From Candidatus Thorarchaeota archaeon SMTZ1-45 (lineage in GTDB: Archaea; Asgardarchaeota; Thorarchaeia; Thorarchaeales; Thorarchaeaceae): DNA of 11,364 nucleotides. Made by a program: the position numbers and the translations under genes. The DNA is taken from assembly GCA_001563335.1 (NCBI GenBank), contig LRSL01000104.1:1-11364 (forward strand), written 5' to 3'. Shown in pieces: positions 6,563 through 11,364 of this stretch. The notes beneath the pieces are model-generated. The model had not been told where the DNA came from. It made no database searches and saw only the letters and a program-made list of their open reading frames with translations. The number at the start of each line of letters is the position of its first letter. Within the stretch, counting starts at the first letter, position 1.

Positions 6563-6675
6563 AAAGCACCACCATTTTCGAAAAGCCATGATTTCTGTTT
6601 TCAATTGATTGGGATTGATGTGGTCTGCTATAAACAATTTGAAGAGCTGAATGTATCCAGTTATGATTGTATGAC

Positions 6676-7164
6676 TCAAAGTTTCAGCTCAAACGTCTGC
6701 TCTATTTTCTTTATACCCCAAGTAGTTCCCTCTTGTTCGTGACACAAGGTGAAGCCATACTTCTCGTAAAGATGGCGAGATGCATCCAGACCGGAGATAG
6801 TCCAGAGATAGACCCTATTAGCTGAAGTCTGCCGGCAGAAGTCAAGTGCTGTTTCAAGCAACCGACTTCCTATACCCTTACCCTGATAGACAGGGTCAAC
6901 TATGAACCACCTGAGATGCAATCCTTCAGAGTCTATCCCGATCCCATCGATTGCTACTGAACCAACAATTTCACCATCCAAACAAGCCAACCAGAACCCA
7001 TCTTGGGCTTCATCGAATCGATTCAAGAACTCGGACATCTCTGTTGCCACTTTGGCTTCGAAATGCAGCCCAAATCCCGAAACTCTACTGTAGTATCTTC
7101 CATGTAGCTCAGTTATCTTACCAATTGCACCTGGTTGATAGCCAGTGATTCTCAGAGCATTCAT
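6676..7164 (-). CDS. GNAT family N-acetyltransferase (similar to the GNAT half of MarR-GNAT fusion proteins)
   Basis: Motifs PGAIGKITELHGRYY...FEAKVA, LRWFIVDPVYQGKGIGSRLL (acetyl-CoA motif A) and ASRHLYEKYGF. Start reassigned to ATG 7164. A TATA-like TAATAAAG about 25-30 nt upstream suggests a leaderless mRNA. Confidence 0.9.
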   Translation of the reverse strand: MNALRITGYQPGAIGKITELHGRYYSRVSGFGLHFEAKVATEMSEFLNRFDEAQDGFWLACLDGEIVGSVAIDGIGIDSEGLHLRWFIVDPVYQGKGIGSRLLETALDFCRQTSANRVYLWTISGLDASRHLYEKYGFTLCHEQEGTTWGIKKIEQTFELKL

Positions 7165-7275
7165 AATGAGTAGATACAACACAATCGTCTTTATTAGCAA
7201 ATATGGTTGCGGATAACTCATCACCAAACAAGTTGTTTTTCCAACAGTTCTAATCTCTATGGAGTAGTGATCATC

Positions 7276-7635
7276 ATGTCTCAAGATGCTAAAGGCAACA
7301 AAATCTTCGGAATAATCTTGATTGTAGTACCAATCATAGCATTGGTGTTCGGTGGCAACGAACCTGCAATGCAGACGGATCAGGCGGCACTTGTCATGAC
7401 AGGGATGATTTTCTTTGGAATCATTATTTTGGCTAGTGCTGGGAGGAACAGAGGTCATCCTGTGAGCCCTTCAACAAGTTACAATGTTCCATCAACTCAA
7501 GTTTCCAAAGAGCCATTTGCTTACTGCCCATATTGTGGATCAGAAGTGACTGATGAGAGAGCCCAATATTGTACTGGCTGTGGTAGGCTCATTCAGTCAG
7601 TGACTAGCATTCAAGAACATGGCTTTTCTTCCTAG
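7276..7635 (+). CDS. Small membrane protein (2 TM) with C-terminal zinc ribbon
   Basis: Two hydrophobic helices (IFGIILIVVPIIALVFG; LVMTGMIFFGIIILASA) followed by CPYCG...YCTGCG. ATG 7276 is preceded by GGAGTAGTGA. Confidence 0.8.
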   Translation: MSQDAKGNKIFGIILIVVPIIALVFGGNEPAMQTDQAALVMTGMIFFGIIILASAGRNRGHPVSPSTSYNVPSTQVSKEPFAYCPYCGSEVTDERAQYCTGCGRLIQSVTSIQEHGFSS

Positions 7636-7673
7636 GAAAATGGAAATCGATATCATCAAACCTAGTGTTTGAA

Positions 7674-8258
7674 CTAAAATACAGCTCCACAGTTCCTGCA
7701 TTGCGTGCTGAGCACAGTATTGTCATAGTGACAGTATGGACACTCAAGCACATCTCCAATTCTCTCAAAAGCCATCGTAGAATGTTGATCCTGACCTTTA
7801 ATCTCAAAGACCTCATCGGACATTGGGTCGTAGATTCGTATCGTATAGATTGGTCTGTTGTTAGCCCTATGGGTGCATCGAGACTCAAGAAATTGCCCAA
7901 TGGGTTTACCAGCGAAGTGATGCAGTGGGATCTCTTTAAGCACCCTGCCACCTCTGACTTCCATGATTCTCTCACTTGTCAAATAGTATCTGGTTCTTTT
8001 TGTTTGAATGAATGCGGCTATGATGGCGATGATGCCAGCTGCAACGGGAAAAAGAAGGATAGAGGTAAATGATGTGCCAAGCTCCTCATAGGCTATAAGA
8101 AGTGCTACTGGTCCACCTAAGACAACAATGAACCCAAAGAAGATGAGCCAGAATCCAGTCCCAGCCCTACGAGACCATGCAATACTCTCCCCAGGCAAAA
8201 GCCCCTCTTCAAGGGGGTCGAATCGTGGTGTAGATGGGTAGGATCTAAACTCATTCAT
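7674..8258 (-). CDS. Membrane protein (2 TM) with bacterial-PH-like domain and C-terminal zinc ribbon
   Basis: LLPGESIAW, two TM helices, the bPH-type motif YYLTSERI, and CPYCHYDN...CRNCGA. Confidence 0.8.
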   Translation of the reverse strand: MNEFRSYPSTPRFDPLEEGLLPGESIAWSRRAGTGFWLIFFGFIVVLGGPVALLIAYEELGTSFTSILLFPVAAGIIAIIAAFIQTKRTRYYLTSERIMEVRGGRVLKEIPLHHFAGKPIGQFLESRCTHRANNRPIYTIRIYDPMSDEVFEIKGQDQHSTMAFERIGDVLECPYCHYDNTVLSTQCRNCGAVF

Positions 8259-8293
8259 TCTTCAGATCTCATGTGTACATTGTATTTTGTCTT

Positions 8294-11200
8294 TTAGAAG
8301 TTATATTGTCTTTTAGACCGCTGCCTAACAGTACTTGCCACAATTATGATGATAATGACTACAAATCCACCAGTGACAATTAGCAAGATGAAATTGAGGA
8401 TATCCGGGTCAAATGGTGTACCACCTGTGGTTGGAGTAGGCGTCGTTGGTGTTGTTGGCGGTGTTGACGTTGTCGAATCAAGAATTACCTCAATTGATTC
8501 AATGTTGCTCCATAAACTGGCTGCATCATGATCATCAAAGACTCGAACCCTGAAGTAGTAAGTCCCAGAAACCAGGTCGGTCACGTTGAAATTAAGTGAG
8601 GTTGTATTCCATTCTCCCAGAGTAGTAGCAAAATTGTAGTATAGGCTGACTTGAAGTTGGTAGTGATCAATGGCATTTTCATGGTCAGAGCCTGCCATCC
8701 AATTCACAATGACATGCGAAACCGATATTGTTGTACCAGGATCCAAGAGATTAGGTGCTGTTGGGGGTTGATTTATGATTTGAAATGATTCTGTGCTTGA
8801 AACGCCTTCGTTGTGGTTGGTTGAGTTATCATAAGCGTGAATGTCATACTCGACAATATCATCGACCAAGAAACTCCCTATGTTTGCTTCGTATCTGTCC
8901 CCGATTGTATTAACCATAGCCACTGAAATCCAAGATCCTGAATTGACACTATACCAACATATCACACTCTCGATTCCATGTGGGTCGGTGATATTAGCCA
9001 TCACAGTTACTGACTCGCCTTGTTTAGGTGCTAGTGGTGAATGTGTGGGAGTCGATATTGAAGGAGCTACAGTGTCTTCTACGATAACTACATTGATTGA
9101 TTGTGGAAAACTCCAGAAGCCTTTTGTTCCATAATCATCGACGGCGCGGACTCTGAAATAGTAAGTGTCATTATTGTACACAGTAATTACTTTCTCATCA
9201 ATTGACGAGTTCCACCGGCCTAAGATCACTGTGAACCAACTCGTGTCGCTCATCTCAATCTCATATCGGTCAATATATCCATCAGGGTCTACTGAAGCAG
9301 TCCAATTGAGCAGAAATACCCCATCATCATCGGATGTTCCCGGGTCGTGTAGCGTGGGTGTTGATGGGAAAGCATTGATTGTGTGCAAGTACACAATTGC
9401 AGTCATAGACTCAATCTTGTCCACTGAATTGTCGAATGCTCGCACATAGTACTCGTCGGCATGATGGGTAAAATTACCAATGGTTGCTGAGTACAGGTCT
9501 CCGCCCTCAGGTGACATTGGGACACTCAGCCACGCACCCCCGTTCCCGCGATAGTTACAAGTGATGTTGTCTAGTCCATCTGCATCAACAGCATTGACAT
9601 AGACTGTGACTGGTTCTCCTTCGAGGGGGCTCGGAGGGGTGTGTGTCAAACCAGACAGTAAGGGGGCTTCGTTTGCAGTCTCAACACCTGTAAGCCAGTG
9701 AACTGTGTTCATGAGAATAATATCATTGTCACTGTCATAGTAGTCCTCAGGAGCAGCACTATCAGTGTCGGCTGTCCCATCAACAAAGTTAGAGTCAAGA
9801 GCTACACAAACCCTACCGGACCCGTATCGTGAGACCGCCATTAGGGTGATTCCCTCTGCAGCAGGTCCGGGTTGGCCAGGGTCTCGCCATGCAGATGTCC
9901 CGTCCCAGTCTGATACTAGTATCTTCTCAGCGTTCGCTGGAAGAGTTGTAAACCCATCACTTGCGTAGAACTCGACCCGAGAAACATTGTAGGTTATTGG
10001 GTGAGTGAGTAGATTGTCACCTGTGTATGCAATCTGACTTGGCTGGAAGGTTCGCATTGCGTCATCAGTATCCCACAAGCAATTCCTCGCCCAATCGTAG
10101 CCAAAATTGTTCGCAAGTGCTCGAATTTCATCTCCATTGTCTCCCCAGTCAGAAAAGATGAGAATCGATCCGCCATCTGCAACGTACGCATCGATGGCAG
10201 TTATCTCTGAAGTGCTGTAATCATCAGTCCAGTATGGGATGTAGCAAATTAGGACCTCGCTTGCATTGAATAGAGCGGGACTGAACGTGTCCATTCGTGA
10301 CACGGCAAACCCAGCTTCTAACATATCCTCGACCCATGCAGCAGCTTGATAGTCCTGTGCTGGGAACTCGAAGTCAAACTCTTGGTTTTGCGACACGTCA
10401 ATAACCACATGATTTGGAAGGCGGATGGCATTACCCACGATCTGTTCGTAGTTCGAATCAGGGTCCGACAGGTCAAACCCAAGGAACACAACATGTCCGC
10501 GTCCAATGGTCTTGTGAACGCCTATTGGGTCGTCAGTATAATAGTCGTCAATTGCTATTGTTCCATCAGTGGTCGCAACTGCAAAGATGTTACCGCGGGG
10601 GGCTGGTTGATAGTCGATGCGTCGACAAAGTGCATCTCCAAACACCGAACGATGCAATAGTGTTATTGTCCCGCCGGGATACTTGTCTAGAACTGGACCG
10701 AACTGCATTAGACTAGACTCGTTATAGATGTGCAGACCAAGTCCAGGGTTAGACGCATTTCCAAAGTCAAGAAGTATCACGACTCCTCCGTCATCCACAA
10801 AAGTGTGGAGTGCGGATGCCCATGCTAGTCCTACTGTTTTCATTATGGTGATGTTAGCATTCTCTTGCTCAGGAATCAGGAGGATGTCCTTGCCTGACAA
10901 TTGAGTGTCAAGGTTCGTGTAATCAGTAAGGTTGGTGTGCTGGTAGTCGGTCCCATAGGTGTTGTTGATTGCTGTCATTGTGTTTTCATATTCCTCTCCT
11001 ACTCGACTGTCCACGAACTCGGTGTAGACTAAAATGTTAGGAGGAGATAGACTTAGATCAGCACTTGTAGAGTAGGTGCCTCGAGGTGTTTCAATACCTT
11101 GAGGGGTAGGGGTGTTAGTTATTGGCAGAGTTGTAACCATTAAAAGAGAACTTGCCATTAGCGAAACGATTAGCAGAGTGATGGTGGACTTGGACTTCAT
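8294..11200 (-). CDS. Large cell-surface glycoprotein: signal peptide, two GIFT/GldG/DUF4350-like (GATase1-like fold) domains, 2x(Ig-like + FN3), Pro/Thr linker, TM anchor, basic tail
   Basis: Duplicated motifs FVDDGGVVILL / YVADGGSILIF and IGRGHVVFLG / YGSGRVCVALD. FN3 motifs LNWTAS..YYFRVRAVD..WS and VNWMAG..YYFRVRVFD..WS. TTSTPPTTPTTPTPTT linker and many N-x-S/T sequons. Start is ATG 11200 or GTG 11209. Confidence 0.85.
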   Translation of the reverse strand: MKSKSTITLLIVSLMASSLLMVTTLPITNTPTPQGIETPRGTYSTSADLSLSPPNILVYTEFVDSRVGEEYENTMTAINNTYGTDYQHTNLTDYTNLDTQLSGKDILLIPEQENANITIMKTVGLAWASALHTFVDDGGVVILLDFGNASNPGLGLHIYNESSLMQFGPVLDKYPGGTITLLHRSVFGDALCRRIDYQPAPRGNIFAVATTDGTIAIDDYYTDDPIGVHKTIGRGHVVFLGFDLSDPDSNYEQIVGNAIRLPNHVVIDVSQNQEFDFEFPAQDYQAAAWVEDMLEAGFAVSRMDTFSPALFNASEVLICYIPYWTDDYSTSEITAIDAYVADGGSILIFSDWGDNGDEIRALANNFGYDWARNCLWDTDDAMRTFQPSQIAYTGDNLLTHPITYNVSRVEFYASDGFTTLPANAEKILVSDWDGTSAWRDPGQPGPAAEGITLMAVSRYGSGRVCVALDSNFVDGTADTDSAAPEDYYDSDNDIILMNTVHWLTGVETANEAPLLSGLTHTPPSPLEGEPVTVYVNAVDADGLDNITCNYRGNGGAWLSVPMSPEGGDLYSATIGNFTHHADEYYVRAFDNSVDKIESMTAIVYLHTINAFPSTPTLHDPGTSDDDGVFLLNWTASVDPDGYIDRYEIEMSDTSWFTVILGRWNSSIDEKVITVYNNDTYYFRVRAVDDYGTKGFWSFPQSINVVIVEDTVAPSISTPTHSPLAPKQGESVTVMANITDPHGIESVICWYSVNSGSWISVAMVNTIGDRYEANIGSFLVDDIVEYDIHAYDNSTNHNEGVSSTESFQIINQPPTAPNLLDPGTTISVSHVIVNWMAGSDHENAIDHYQLQVSLYYNFATTLGEWNTTSLNFNVTDLVSGTYYFRVRVFDDHDAASLWSNIESIEVILDSTTSTPPTTPTTPTPTTGGTPFDPDILNFILLIVTGGFVVIIIIIVASTVRQRSKRQYNF

Positions 11201-11364
11201 TGAGATCACGCACTATTTTCAGAGGTTTAATCCTTTTACCATCACCTTCTAAAGATAAAAAGCAATGTTGGATAGAAGAATTTTCCAAGCCCATATATTG
11301 GACTAAAGCTTCATTTCATCACTTGACATGCGGGGATTTACGTAACGGCCACGTCTTGATGTCT

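Noticed and set aside
6563-6679. N-terminal extension of the flavoprotein ORF
   Set aside because: The flavodoxin fold starts at MTNVLAINGS, which has a good SD. The extension contains a TATA-like TTTATAG (6628-6634, minus) and is more likely promoter/UTR.
7165-7458. 98-aa N-terminal extension of the GNAT ORF
   Set aside because: It overlaps antisense the convincing membrane zinc-ribbon gene, has no recognisable domain (not MarR-like), and GNAT similarity begins at ATG 7164.
7604-8072. ORFs 7604..7975 (-) and 7665..8072 (+)
   Set aside because: Alternative-frame or antisense overlaps of the PH/zinc-ribbon gene, with no recognisable features.
8273-8287. GTGTAC-ATT-GTATTT upstream of the PH-domain gene, resembling the operator
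   Set aside because: The spacer is N3 rather than N4, there are three mismatches, and there is no phased second site.
8346-10716. Several short ORFs inside the 971-aa gene
   Set aside because: Shadow ORFs of a well-supported long CDS.
11305-11364. Possible 3' end of a minus-strand gene entering from the right edge
   Set aside because: Two frames give plausible short tails (DIKTWPLRKSPHVK* or TSRRGRYVNPRMSSDEMKL*), and the window does not allow choosing between them.

Overview
Archaeal genomic window, most likely Asgard/Thorarchaeia-like. This taxonomy is inferred from the TATA/BRE-type promoters, GGTG/GGAG-type SD motifs, Pro/Thr linker + TM + basic-tail surface proteins and membrane zinc-ribbon proteins. 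It holds nine protein genes supported by the ORF track: a partial DUF362-like membrane-anchored protein, a DUF4287/DUF5655 protein, a beta-propeller + PKD surface protein, a secreted 3-repeat protein, an alpha/beta hydrolase, an Isf-like flavoprotein, a GNAT acetyltransferase, two membrane zinc-ribbon proteins, and a 971-aa GIFT-like/Ig/FN3 surface protein (ten counting both zinc-ribbon genes). One further gene is missing from the track: a 49-aa ribbon-helix-helix (CopG/Arc/MetJ-type) regulator at 4890..5039 (+). The main finding is a self-contained putative regulon at ~1220-5040. The RHH gene and the two adjacent surface-protein genes each have a TATA box followed 11-12 bp later by a GTATAC-N4-GTATAC operator, with a second, degenerate site exactly 22 bp further downstream. 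The two surface-protein promoters are a duplicated ~70-85 bp segment, and both genes end in hairpin + pyrimidine-tract terminators. No RNA genes, CRISPR arrays or transposases were seen. All family assignments come from motif recognition, not database searches.
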